From Candidatus Margulisiibacteriota bacterium (lineage in GTDB: Bacteria; Margulisbacteria; WOR-1; O2-12-FULL-45-9), in assembly GCA_043816785.1 (NCBI GenBank), contig JBDRHP010000004.1, positions 1-43,769 on the forward strand: 43,769 bases of DNA, read 5' to 3'. This document shows positions 1 through 9,021 of this stretch, piece after piece (positions within the stretch are counted from its first letter, which is position 1; every line of letters begins with the position of its first letter). The notes beneath the pieces are model-generated. The model was not told the DNA's origin. It searched no databases and saw only the letters and a program-made list of their open reading frames with translations. The position numbers and the translations under genes were made by a program.

Positions 1-513
1 CTGCTCAGTTGTCAGGCTTCGCGCCGCAGCATTATTAAAACCAGCGTCAAGCGTGTCCAGCCCGACTTTGAAGCTGGAATCCCCAGCAAAATTCCTGACC
101 AGGTTTAACCTTAAGCGGTAATCCAGCTTCCCGCCGCGAGGCGCCAGAGTGGAACCCATTGCCTGAGAGCTCAGGCTGCCAAAAAATTGGGTTGCCCGCG
201 CTGTTTTCTCTCGTTGATATTTGATCAGCGCTGTTTCAGCCCGCAATTCCTCAATTAATTTTTCATCTTTGCTCCGCCGCAAATTATAATACTTGGCAAA
301 TTTGGACAGGAAAGCGGCGATCTCAAATCGGGAAATATCCTTTTTACCGCGGAAGGTGCCATCAGGATAACCGCTGGTCACGCCCATCCTGACCAGCTCA
401 TAGACCGCTGACGATGCCCAGTGACCTTCAGGCACATCTTTAAAATAAACTTCCTCAGCCAGGGCTCCAGTGGCAAGCAGAGCAACCAGACTAAAGATAA
501 TTAAATATTTCAC
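1..513 (-). CDS. SLH-domain envelope protein (signal peptide, SLH, coiled coil), truncated by window edge
   Basis: Not in the ORF track. Manual translation from GTG at 513: MKYLIIFSLVALLATGALAEEVYFKDVPEGHWASSAVYELVRMGVTSGYPDGTFRGKKDISRFEIAAFL, a classic SLH motif. Confidence 0.9.
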   Translation of the reverse strand, partial: MKYLIIFSLVALLATGALAEEVYFKDVPEGHWASSAVYELVRMGVTSGYPDGTFRGKKDISRFEIAAFLSKFAKYYNLRRSKDEKLIEELRAETALIKYQREKTARATQFFGSLSSQAMGSTLAPRGGKLDYRLRLNLVRNFAGDSSFKVGLDTLDAGFNNAAARSLTTEQ

Positions 514-1609
514 GCGCGATCTCCACTGCCGCCTGGGGGCGGCTAACCCGTTTGATGTTCTTCATTATTTCAGCAAACTCCAACGGCTGCTGCAGTTCTT
601 TAACGATCTCAACTACCCGCTGGGGATCCTTGCTCACCCGACCGATATTCTCCCGCACCACGAATTCCACATTGCCTTCTTCCTGACCAGGCAGCCAGGA
701 AGTGATAATGATCGGCAGTCCCATGGCCAGCGCCTCAGCAATCGTGCCCGGCCCGGCCTTGGTAATAATCAGATCAGATTCAGCCATCAGCTCATGCACC
801 TGGTCAGTAAAGCCGTAAACCCGCAAGGGAAAGTTGAACTTTTTTATTTTACTCTTTAAATTAGTCTCCAATTTCTTGTTGCGGCCGGCGATCACGATCA
901 ACTGGACCTTAAGCTTTTCGCGGCTTAGCGCCTCAATAAGATCATACATCTTGCCGCCACCCTCGCCGCCGCCCATTAACAAGATAGTGAACAGCTTAGG
1001 CTTGAGCCGGTCCTTTTTTCGGGCTGCTTCTTTTTCCTCGTCCTTTAAAAAGAATTTAGGGTCGATTGGCATGCCGCAAACCTTGATCTTCTCTTCCGGC
1101 ATGCCATATTTAATGGCTGCGGTCCTGGCCTCAGGCGTGGCCACGATCGCCCGATCAACTTCTGGTTTGATCCAGGCGCGATGCAGGGTTACTGGATCAG
1201 TGATCACCACCACAAAAGGGATCTTTAAGCCGCTTTGTTTGATCGCCTTAACTGTTAAATGATTGATCATGGGATGGACCGAAATAATTACCGCGGGTTT
1301 TTCCTCTTTGATCAGCTTGGTAAGTTCTTCAAGAATAAACGGCCCGGACATTTTCTCCAGGGCCTCTAGTTTTTTTTCGTCATCCAGCCAGTAATACAAC
1401 CGGCCCCACATTTGCGGGGAATATTTAATAACCGGGCCGTAAAGCTTGGCAAAAACATTGAGAAAACCAGAACATTCAGCAAAAACATCGACCATTTTCT
1501 GGCTATATTTGCCTTTTTTTAAATGCTCCACCGCGTTGATAATAGCCGTGGCCGCGGAGCGATGTCCGCCGCCGGTATCAGAAAATAAATAGAGGATTTT
1601 CTTTTTCAT
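491..1609 (-). CDS. GT28 diacylglycerol glycosyltransferase (MGDG synthase/UgtP-like)
   Basis: SDTGGGHRSAA N-terminal motif, ISVHP, LMGGGEG, ITKAGPGTIAEAL, PGQEEGN. Confidence 0.9.
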   Translation of the reverse strand: MKKKILYLFSDTGGGHRSAATAIINAVEHLKKGKYSQKMVDVFAECSGFLNVFAKLYGPVIKYSPQMWGRLYYWLDDEKKLEALEKMSGPFILEELTKLIKEEKPAVIISVHPMINHLTVKAIKQSGLKIPFVVVITDPVTLHRAWIKPEVDRAIVATPEARTAAIKYGMPEEKIKVCGMPIDPKFFLKDEEKEAARKKDRLKPKLFTILLMGGGEGGGKMYDLIEALSREKLKVQLIVIAGRNKKLETNLKSKIKKFNFPLRVYGFTDQVHELMAESDLIITKAGPGTIAEALAMGLPIIITSWLPGQEEGNVEFVVRENIGRVSKDPQRVVEIVKELQQPLEFAEIMKNIKRVSRPQAAVEIAREIFNYL

Positions 1610-1618
1610 TATTTTTTC

Positions 1619-1699
1619 AAGGAGCCTGAGAATGAACTTCTCGGCTCCTTATATTCATTAATTCATATGGAACCGAGACGTTTAGTCTCAGGTTCCATA
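1619..1699. repeat. REP-like inverted doublet (REPIN-like), copy 1
   Basis: Hairpins AAGGAGCCTGAGAATGAACTTCTCGGCTCCTT and TATGGAACCGAGACGTTTAGTCTCAGGTTCCATA; homologous inverted copy at 4503-4585. Confidence 0.8.
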
Positions 1700-1702
1700 A
1701 AC

Positions 1703-2626
1703 TTATTTGCCCTTACTCCACTTAAACGTCAGCTTGAGCCCTTTTTTAATGCTGGTTTTCGGCTTCCAGTCAAGTTCTTTTTTGATCTTCTTGCCGTTAA
1801 GCACACTGCGGAATAGTTCGCCTGTTCTGGCTGGCGCATAAACAGCTGCCTTGTCAAACTTAGCCGCTTGTTTCAAATAAGCGTACAGCTCATTGACCGA
1901 GGTCCCTTTTGCCGTACCAATGTTGTAGACCTGGTTATCGCCTTTATCCAGGATTAACAAGTTAGCTTGAGCCACATCGCCAACATACACATAATCCCGC
2001 AGCTGTTTGCCGTCCCCATAGATCGTTGCCTGCTCACCTTTTAATATTTTCCCGCAAAAGATCGCGATCACCCCGGCCTCACCCAAGGGATCCTGGCGCG
2101 GGCCGTAAACATTGCCGTAGCGCAGTACGGTATAGTTCAATCCATAATTGACCTTATATGAATAAATATACATTTCAACCGCCCGTTTGGTAATGGCATA
2201 TGGGGAAATGGGCTCTTGCGGATGATCTTCAGCTGCCCCGCTCTTTTTAGCCACCTCGCCATACAGCGCCCCGCCGGTTGAAGAAAAGATGATTTTTTTA
2301 ATTTTAGATTTAACCGCTGCATCAAGAAGGTTTAAGGTGCCGATCTCGTTAACTTCAGCGTTGTAAACCGGATCAGCCACTGATTTGCGAACATCGATCT
2401 GGGCCGCATGGTGATTAATGATCTCCGGGGAAAATTCGCTGACAGCTTGAGCAAGTTTTTCTTTATCTCTAATGTCAACTTCGTAGAATTTGGCTTGGGG
2501 GTTAAGATTGGCTTTTTTTCCGGTGGTTAGATTATCAAGGACAGCCACTTCATGCCCTGCGGCAATATAAGCATCAACTATATTGGAGCCGATAAAACCA
2601 GCCCCGCCGGTGACTAAGATCTTCAC
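1703..2626 (-). CDS. NAD-dependent epimerase/dehydratase, UDP-glucose 4-epimerase-like
   Basis: VTGGAGFIGS, PYAITK (YxxxK), RYGNVYGPRQ; start moved to GTG at 2626 behind AGGAGG RBS. Confidence 0.88.
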   Translation of the reverse strand: MKILVTGGAGFIGSNIVDAYIAAGHEVAVLDNLTTGKKANLNPQAKFYEVDIRDKEKLAQAVSEFSPEIINHHAAQIDVRKSVADPVYNAEVNEIGTLNLLDAAVKSKIKKIIFSSTGGALYGEVAKKSGAAEDHPQEPISPYAITKRAVEMYIYSYKVNYGLNYTVLRYGNVYGPRQDPLGEAGVIAIFCGKILKGEQATIYGDGKQLRDYVYVGDVAQANLLILDKGDNQVYNIGTAKGTSVNELYAYLKQAAKFDKAAVYAPARTGELFRSVLNGKKIKKELDWKPKTSIKKGLKLTFKWSKGK

Positions 2627-2680
2627 GCTATAATCCTCCTGCGAGCAATGATTATAACACAAAACACTTCTTAGCTTAAG

Positions 2681-2706
2681 TGAAATTTTATTGTTTTTTT
2701 ATCGAA
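2681..2706 (+). promoter_or_regulatory. Putative alternative-sigma promoter TGAAAT-N16-CGAA
   Basis: Same motif, spacing and T-rich spacer as TGCAAT-N16-CGAA upstream of the 17250 gene. Confidence 0.5.
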
Positions 2707-2728
2707 AATCAAGCAGAAGGTAAATATC

Positions 2729-3310
2729 ATGACAAGAATTATTCCGCCGCCAGACAGAGCCAATCCAGTATCTCGGGGAAGCCATACGCCTTTGCGTTTT
2801 ATACCGCTTTCAGCCTCGGCAGCAAAGAGACATTCAACTCAAATATTAAAACTGATCAACCTCGTTACCCAGGGACATTGGGACAGCTCAAAATTGCTCC
2901 AATTATTTCAAGCACACGCAGGGGTAGAAAAATTCAGTGAACTGGCGTTCCAGGAAGATGATCTAGTGGGACTCACTATCGCTTATCCAACGGCCCACCT
3001 TATACGAGGAGAACAGGTCGAAAGCGTTTTTGGCAGAAGAGTTTGCGTTGCTGAGACACGTCAACGAACCAGCCTCGGCACCAGGCTCCTGGTCAGAGTA
3101 GCTGATAAGATCAGAGAATCAGCTCATGGCCCTGATTATCCGATTGTCTGGGTGACTGCGCAAGATAACATACACAGCACCAGTTTTTATGCGCGGGCAG
3201 GCTTTGATCCAATAGACGAAGTAACTAACCCCGAGGGTCATACTGATAATATTTATCTGGCTACACCAGAAGAGATGAAAGCAAAACTAGCCCGGTTTCT
3301 TAGACGCTAA
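2729..3310 (+). CDS. GNAT family N-acetyltransferase
   Basis: VCVAETRQRTSLGTRLL (motif A-like), NIHSTSFYARAGF (motif B-like). Confidence 0.75.
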   Translation: MTRIIPPPDRANPVSRGSHTPLRFIPLSASAAKRHSTQILKLINLVTQGHWDSSKLLQLFQAHAGVEKFSELAFQEDDLVGLTIAYPTAHLIRGEQVESVFGRRVCVAETRQRTSLGTRLLVRVADKIRESAHGPDYPIVWVTAQDNIHSTSFYARAGFDPIDEVTNPEGHTDNIYLATPEEMKAKLARFLRR

Positions 3311-3317
3311 TCTGATC

Positions 3318-4484
3318 CTAAGCTTTCTTCTTAGCCAACCCTTCGTCGTAAAGCTCCAGCACTTTTTTAACAATATTGCTCCAGTCATACTTGGTCTCTA
3401 CCAGTTTCCGGCCGGCTTTGCCCATCTCAATGGCCTTTTGGGGGTTAGCAAGCAGCTCAATACATTTTTCAGCGATCGCCTCAGAGTTTTGCTTAGGCAC
3501 CAGAAAGCCGGTGGTGCCAACATCCATGACCGCGTTAGGGCCTGGAATGTCAGAAGCAATGACCGGGGTGTAATTAACGAACGATTCCAGCTGGACAATA
3601 CCAAAAGCTTCCAACCGATTGATCGAAGGGAAAACATAGACCAGAGAAGAATAAAACAATTTGACCAGCACGTCAAAGGTCACCATGCCGTACATTTCGA
3701 TGGACTTTCTGATCCCCAGCTTATCGATCAGTCCATTAATATGGGCTTTTTCTTCGCCATCACCGCAAATAACTAATTTTGTGTCAGGGAATTTCGCCAG
3801 GATCGCAGGCATGGCCTTAACCATATAATCACAGCCTTTGTTCCCCGCCATTCTGCCTAACCACAGGAGCTGCTTGGGGTTTTTGTCTTTTTCCGTTAAA
3901 CCAAGCTTCTTTTGCATCTCGTCAATGTGATCGTGGAAAATACCGATCGGGATGTGGCGGACGTTCTTGATATATTTTAGAACTGGAGACGTCTCCGCAT
4001 AGGTCTTGGTTGTATTGTAAACAATATCCGCGTGTTTTAGCTGCATGCGGGCCATAACATTGGCGCTTTTTTCCAGGCTTCTCACAAAGAAACCAGGCAC
4101 TGGGATGCCATAATATTTTTCAGAGACTGTAATATCACAATGATAGGTAACCACCACGGGCTGCGGCACTTTATTCAAAACTTCCCTTAAGAAACCAAAC
4201 GAAGGCACATGGCAATGAACAATGTCAAAGCCTTCCAGCATTTTAAGGTCGAATTTCTTTTTGGTTACTGGCAAGTAGCTAAACAGATTGGTGGCTGGCA
4301 AACGGATAACCTTAAAGCCCTGCATCATCTCCTCAGCCGGCGCGTTCTTTTCAGCCGGCAAATTGGTGGAAATGACCGTGACCTCATGGCCAGCCCGGAT
4401 CAAGGCAACAGAGAGATCCTTAACATATTTCTCCGTTCCTCCAGTGTGCGGGTAAAAGTAAGGGACCAGCATCGCGATTTTCAT
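3318..4484 (-). CDS. Glycosyltransferase family 4
   Basis: MKIAMLVPYFYPHTGGTE, LGRMAGNKG, EAFGIVQLES, PVIASDIPG. Confidence 0.92.
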   Translation of the reverse strand: MKIAMLVPYFYPHTGGTEKYVKDLSVALIRAGHEVTVISTNLPAEKNAPAEEMMQGFKVIRLPATNLFSYLPVTKKKFDLKMLEGFDIVHCHVPSFGFLREVLNKVPQPVVVTYHCDITVSEKYYGIPVPGFFVRSLEKSANVMARMQLKHADIVYNTTKTYAETSPVLKYIKNVRHIPIGIFHDHIDEMQKKLGLTEKDKNPKQLLWLGRMAGNKGCDYMVKAMPAILAKFPDTKLVICGDGEEKAHINGLIDKLGIRKSIEMYGMVTFDVLVKLFYSSLVYVFPSINRLEAFGIVQLESFVNYTPVIASDIPGPNAVMDVGTTGFLVPKQNSEAIAEKCIELLANPQKAIEMGKAGRKLVETKYDWSNIVKKVLELYDEGLAKKKA

Positions 4485-4502
4485 GATTTCCTCCTAGTTT
4501 AC

Positions 4503-4585
4503 GGAAACCTGAGACTAAACGTCTCGGTTTCCTTTTTTTATTCTATTATTGGAAACCGCGAAGTTCATTCGCAGGTTTCCAATAA
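4503..4585. repeat. REP-like inverted doublet (REPIN-like), copy 2
   Basis: Hairpins GGAAACCTGAGACTAAACGTCTCGGTTTCC and TTATTGGAAACCGCGAAGTTCATTCGCAGGTTTCCAATAA; reverse-complement homolog of 1619-1699. Confidence 0.8.
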
Positions 4586-4587
4586 CT

Positions 4588-5451
4588 TCAAAACTTTCTC
4601 CGATTAATAAAGTTCGAATACAAGTTCAGCCAAAAATACTTATCAAGACCCTTGGCAAAAGATGGTATCATATAGGGCCAGCGCATGCAAGAAGAACAAA
4701 TATCCTCCCTGCCCTGTGAGCCTCCCTGGTTAAAGAAACAGGGAGTAACCTGTTGACCATCCGGCAGGATGGTTATAGTTGAGCTAGCCGCTTTACAACG
4801 CGGCATAAAAACGCGGTTCCCGCCGTTCTTAACCCATTCCAAAGCAGCTAAATTAATTAACACATTCTTGCGTCGGAAATAGTATTTAATATGGGAGAAG
4901 GTCGCTGATTCAAAGCCCTGGGTACCGTGAAAATCATAAACAGGGATAAAATAGACAAGGGACCTTAATTTTTCCGCTAGGTCGATCATCTCCGGCATAT
5001 ACAGCACACTGTCCCGGGTTAAAATAAATTTGATGATCGGTTTTTGCCCCAGTTCCTGGGCTAATTTAAGGCTTTTAACAGCCGTGTGAAAACATTCTAC
5101 ACCGCGGCTGCGATCATGCATTTCTGCAAAGGGATAATCCAAGGAAATGAACAAGCGATCAATTAAGCCGCTTAAGTTGCGCGCTTGTTCAGGATAAAGA
5201 ATGCCATTGGTCGTTAGGTCAACATTTAAATCGAGATTTTTGGCTTGTTGCAGAATCTGCGGCAGATCAGAACGCAGCAGCGGCTCACCGCCAAGAATAT
5301 TAAGCCGGGCAACCCCCAGCTCTTTAAATCGAGCCAGGTCATAGGCCTTTTCCTCGATCTTCTTATGCTGGTCGTTATCCCAGATAACACAGAATTCGCA
5401 GGAATCATTACAGCGCAGGGTCACATAGTAATTGCCAACTCGCTGGCTCAT
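4588..5451 (-). CDS. Radical SAM protein with short twitch/SPASM-like tail
   Basis: CNDSCEFC (CxxxCxxC), LGGEPLL, TTNG, C-terminal Cys residues (RCKAA, PCFF, CSSC). Confidence 0.9.
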   Translation of the reverse strand: MSQRVGNYYVTLRCNDSCEFCVIWDNDQHKKIEEKAYDLARFKELGVARLNILGGEPLLRSDLPQILQQAKNLDLNVDLTTNGILYPEQARNLSGLIDRLFISLDYPFAEMHDRSRGVECFHTAVKSLKLAQELGQKPIIKFILTRDSVLYMPEMIDLAEKLRSLVYFIPVYDFHGTQGFESATFSHIKYYFRRKNVLINLAALEWVKNGGNRVFMPRCKAASSTITILPDGQQVTPCFFNQGGSQGREDICSSCMRWPYMIPSFAKGLDKYFWLNLYSNFINRRKF

Positions 5452-6707
5452 GCGTCACGGAACCGGGGCAGGAAGATGCCCGCCACACCAGTAAAAGCCA
5501 CGATATAGCCCAGGACCATCAGCGTTGTTTTCACGCCATAAATGTCAGCGGCAAACCCAGATAGAATAACCGGAAAGACAAAGGCCGAATTGATCAGCAT
5601 ATTCTGCACGCCAAAGACCCGGCCCCGGATGTTCCTCGGGATGCGGTGCTGCAGGATCGTTTGGATCGATGAAACAATAAAGATATTGCCCACACCCAGC
5701 AAGGCGATCAACAGCAGGGCTGCTTTCAGGTCGGTCACAGAACCGATCAAGATCAGCGCAATCCCAGAAACAATAAAGCTTAAAATAACAATAGCTCCCT
5801 TGGTCACAAGCCGGCTTAGTCTCTCCAGCAAACCCATCCCCACAAACATCCCCACCCCAACGGCAATGATCAGATAGCCGAAGTTCTTGGCCCCGATCCC
5901 CAGGACATCTTTGGCATAAGAAATAGCTAATAAAGAAATTATGGCAATGGCCGCAGTAGCCACAAAGAGTTTGAGCAATGAATACATGACAACTTTGTTA
6001 CGGCGAATAAATTCCAGGCCAAAGAACAGATCTTCCCTAATCGGCCTATTCTTATGTTTTTCTTCATGCTCCACCGGCTTAAGCCGCACCAAAGAAACAG
6101 AAACCGCGGCAACAAAATACAGGACAGCCGCCACTAAAAACGTTCCTTCGTTGCCAAAAAAGTTGACTAGCGGCGCGCCCAGGCCAAACCCGATGACCGA
6201 AGCCCCCATCCAAGTGATCATGAAAAGCGAATTAGCCACGATCAGGTCATGTTTCTTGACCAGCTCGGGTATCGAGGCGGTCTCGGCCGGCGCAAAAAAT
6301 TGCGTCACTGTGTAGATAAGAAAACTCACCGCAAAGATCGAGCCCAATGATTTGTCGATCAACGGCACGACCAGCAGGACCAAAGCGCCTCTGATGATCG
6401 AAGTAATGACCAAAATGGTCTTCCTGTCCCATTTATCAACAAAAACCCCAGCCAGCGGTCCGAATAACAATGAAGGGATGCCAAAAGCTAACAAAGGAAT
6501 GGATACGCCAAGATTAGTCCCGGTCAGGTTGTACGCAATGATCATTAGGACGTAGACAAAAACTCGATCAGCTAATTGGGAATTGAGTTGACCGAACCAG
6601 AGCCAAAGAAAACCAAAGTTTGACAGCACTTTAGCAAAACTGGCGCCAGGATGAGGCGGCAATGTCCCGGTATTTTGAATATCACTTTGATCACTGATCT
6701 CTACCAC
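5448..6707 (-). CDS. MFS transporter (DHA3/H+ antiporter-like)
   Basis: About 12 hydrophobic segments, GVFVDKWDRK motif A, IRGRVFG. Confidence 0.9.
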   Translation of the reverse strand: MVEISDQSDIQNTGTLPPHPGASFAKVLSNFGFLWLWFGQLNSQLADRVFVYVLMIIAYNLTGTNLGVSIPLLAFGIPSLLFGPLAGVFVDKWDRKTILVITSIIRGALVLLVVPLIDKSLGSIFAVSFLIYTVTQFFAPAETASIPELVKKHDLIVANSLFMITWMGASVIGFGLGAPLVNFFGNEGTFLVAAVLYFVAAVSVSLVRLKPVEHEEKHKNRPIREDLFFGLEFIRRNKVVMYSLLKLFVATAAIAIISLLAISYAKDVLGIGAKNFGYLIIAVGVGMFVGMGLLERLSRLVTKGAIVILSFIVSGIALILIGSVTDLKAALLLIALLGVGNIFIVSSIQTILQHRIPRNIRGRVFGVQNMLINSAFVFPVILSGFAADIYGVKTTLMVLGYIVAFTGVAGIFLPRFRDA

Positions 6708-7207
6708 GATCTTAAATCCTTTCCAACATGCTCGCTTAAAGCATATTGCGGGTCAACGCCTTCGCAATGGATGCCTTCCAGTACCACGAAAGACTTTTCA
6801 AAGTCTTTGGCTACCCGTCTGGCCGGATCACCAATTTTTAGTCTCAACAAACTTTGCAAGAGCAGATCAAACAGTTCTGGATAAGGCTGTCCTTCCGCCG
6901 TACCCGAATCCACTAATTTTATCATATATAAGCCGGAAGGAAGCATTTCCGGGTTCTCTCTTATCCGTTGAAAGGTCTCGATCACCTGGCCCTGTGAAAT
7001 TATATCCAGGTTACGGCCTTTGGCAATAAAGTAATCAGCGTAAGTAAAGGTTTCTACCCGACCACCGAGACTCGACGGCACCCGCCTGGCCCCCTTGGCT
7101 ATGGCTCTTATTTTACCATGGTCTCTGGTAAACAAGGTAACCATTTTGTCCGCTTCCATGAACGGCTTGGTCCTGATACTTATTGCTTTGGTTTTATAGG
7201 GAGCCAT
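6701..7207 (-). CDS. recO: DNA repair protein RecO, short form
   Basis: EADKMVTLFTRDHGKIRAIAKGARR OB-fold signature; only 168 aa. Confidence 0.88.
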   Translation of the reverse strand: MAPYKTKAISIRTKPFMEADKMVTLFTRDHGKIRAIAKGARRVPSSLGGRVETFTYADYFIAKGRNLDIISQGQVIETFQRIRENPEMLPSGLYMIKLVDSGTAEGQPYPELFDLLLQSLLRLKIGDPARRVAKDFEKSFVVLEGIHCEGVDPQYALSEHVGKDLRSW

Positions 7208-8802
7208 ATGGTGAATTTTGTTCCTTTGCCCTGCTGGCTTGCGACTTCAATTGACCCGCCGTGCTCTTGAATAATACGATAAGCCGTAAATAGCCCCAAA
7301 CCTGTCCCCTTCTCCTTAAGGCTAAAAAACGGATCAAAAATATCATCAAGCTTGTCAGCGGGGATCCCGCTCCCATTATCAGCGACTTGAACCACAATCC
7401 TCTCGATACTCATTGAGCTGGAAATCGCCAGTTTACCCTCATCCGGCATCGCCTGAACAGCATTTAGAATAAGATTGGTAAACACCAGCTGCAGCTGCTC
7501 AGGATCGGCAATTATTTTTGGCAAGGGATTTAGATTTAGAGCAATTTCTATTTCTTGCTTCTTACACAGGCTGGCATTTAGCTCCACTGCCTCTCGGATA
7601 ATAGAATTTATGTCGACCTCAAGTCTTTCCAGCTTTGCGGTTTTCCCGACTTTCAGGAGATTTTCCACGATCCGATTGATCCGCTCAAGCTGCCGCGGGA
7701 TCATTTCATTGTAATCTTTAAGAAATTCCTTATCGTTTAAGTTCTCCGGGAGGATCTGGGTCATGGCCCTGATCGAAGCTAAAGGATTTTTTATTTCATG
7801 GGCCATGCCAGCTGCTAATGTGCCTAAAGCGCTCACTTTATCTGCCTGAAGCAAACCGCGGAAAAGTTTGCGATTTTCTTCCGAAAGATCATTAATTGTT
7901 TTCTGATAACGATATTCTCCCATAAAAAATACGCGGTCCACCATGCGCTGCACCCTATTCCTCACCGGCTGAAAGATAATAACCGAAACAAAAACCACCA
8001 TAAACATAGTGACCAGGGGATTCAAATGGACAAAATAAGAAACCAGATAATTAGCAATAAGAACTACCAGCACATAGAAACCGGCAAAAAGGATGGTCAG
8101 GCATGAATAAATTAAACCTTCGCGTACTAGGATCGTGATATCCAGCAGCTTATGCCGAACGATCGCATAGACCGTAATAGCCACATAGATCGGCAAAGCA
8201 AAATGGCTTATTACCGGAAAAGCAATATTAAAAACCGGGAAGAAAGTTGTTGCCCCGCCAAAAAAACCAACCACTGAGGCAACAAACACATACAATAGCC
8301 TGCGATAGTTTTCTCCGCCTGCCTGGCGCAGGGCTAAAACAAGCTGCACAAGACTATAGAGAAAACAAGAAAATAAATATATCGCAAAAAACGGATAGAC
8401 TATGCCCGCTTGAGGATAATATTTAAAACCCGCGACTGGCGCAACATCTTTTACAAACCAGGGAGTAAAAACCAGGACAAGGAAAATCAGATCAAGCCCA
8501 TACGCAATCTGTAATATCTTTTTCTTCCCATCCTTAAGTTCTAAAAGGGACAGGATAAAATGAAGATAAAGAACCGGCAGCAAAACCGCCGCACCCACAT
8601 TAATTCTAGTCCAAATCAGTACCACTGCCTTGGCCTCGGCCATTTCCCCGATCGACTGGGCCAAGGTCCAGACCGCTAAAGTCAGAGAAAACAAAGCCAG
8701 GGTCCTGTTAACTGCTTTTTCTTTCCCCTTCGAAAAGACAAAAATGGCAAGCAAAAACGAGGCCCCTGAGGTAACCAAAAGTGACGCGGTATAAAAACCC
8801 AT
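7180..8802 (-). CDS. Membrane sensor histidine kinase (multi-TM input, HisKA, HATPase)
   Basis: AHEIKNPL H-box, NLILNAVQA N-box, DNGSGI, FDPFF, GTGLGL; start placed at ATG 8802 (track start 8829 possible). Confidence 0.92.
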   Translation of the reverse strand: MGFYTASLLVTSGASFLLAIFVFSKGKEKAVNRTLALFSLTLAVWTLAQSIGEMAEAKAVVLIWTRINVGAAVLLPVLYLHFILSLLELKDGKKKILQIAYGLDLIFLVLVFTPWFVKDVAPVAGFKYYPQAGIVYPFFAIYLFSCFLYSLVQLVLALRQAGGENYRRLLYVFVASVVGFFGGATTFFPVFNIAFPVISHFALPIYVAITVYAIVRHKLLDITILVREGLIYSCLTILFAGFYVLVVLIANYLVSYFVHLNPLVTMFMVVFVSVIIFQPVRNRVQRMVDRVFFMGEYRYQKTINDLSEENRKLFRGLLQADKVSALGTLAAGMAHEIKNPLASIRAMTQILPENLNDKEFLKDYNEMIPRQLERINRIVENLLKVGKTAKLERLEVDINSIIREAVELNASLCKKQEIEIALNLNPLPKIIADPEQLQLVFTNLILNAVQAMPDEGKLAISSSMSIERIVVQVADNGSGIPADKLDDIFDPFFSLKEKGTGLGLFTAYRIIQEHGGSIEVASQQGKGTKFTIWLPIKPKQ

Positions 8803-8882
8803 CTTAGGAGATATTTTAACACACATCATCTATTCTTTACTAACCAGTCAGAAATGACCGTCCAAAACCCCGTCACCCAAGG

Positions 8883-8898
8883 TGTCGGAATCTCGACA
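8883..8898. promoter_or_regulatory. Putative enhancer (UAS) palindrome TGTCG-N6-CGACA
   Basis: GGTGTCGGAATCTCGACACC; related copies at 22778-22793 and 37575-37590, each ~40 bp from a sigma54 promoter. Confidence 0.7.
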
Positions 8899-8937
8899 CC
8901 TGACCTAATTTCACGCTTAAAAAGACCGATTTTAAGC

Positions 8938-8952
8938 TGGCAATAAGATTGC
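8938..8952 (+). promoter_or_regulatory. sigma54 -24/-12 promoter
   Basis: TGGC-AATAAGA-TTGC with canonical spacing, upstream of the sigma54 activator gene. Confidence 0.75.
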
Positions 8953-9021
8953 TCTTATTTGAGCAAGAAGATTTTGGATTTTGACCATAATACTATATAA
9001 TTATCAACTAGGAGGGCAAAA

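Noticed and set aside
470..1262. Plus-strand ORFs 470-859 and 834-1262, and similar ones such as 12945-13541, 40113-40712, 41533-42117
   Set aside because: Antisense or off-frame shadows of well-supported genes, with no recognisable motifs
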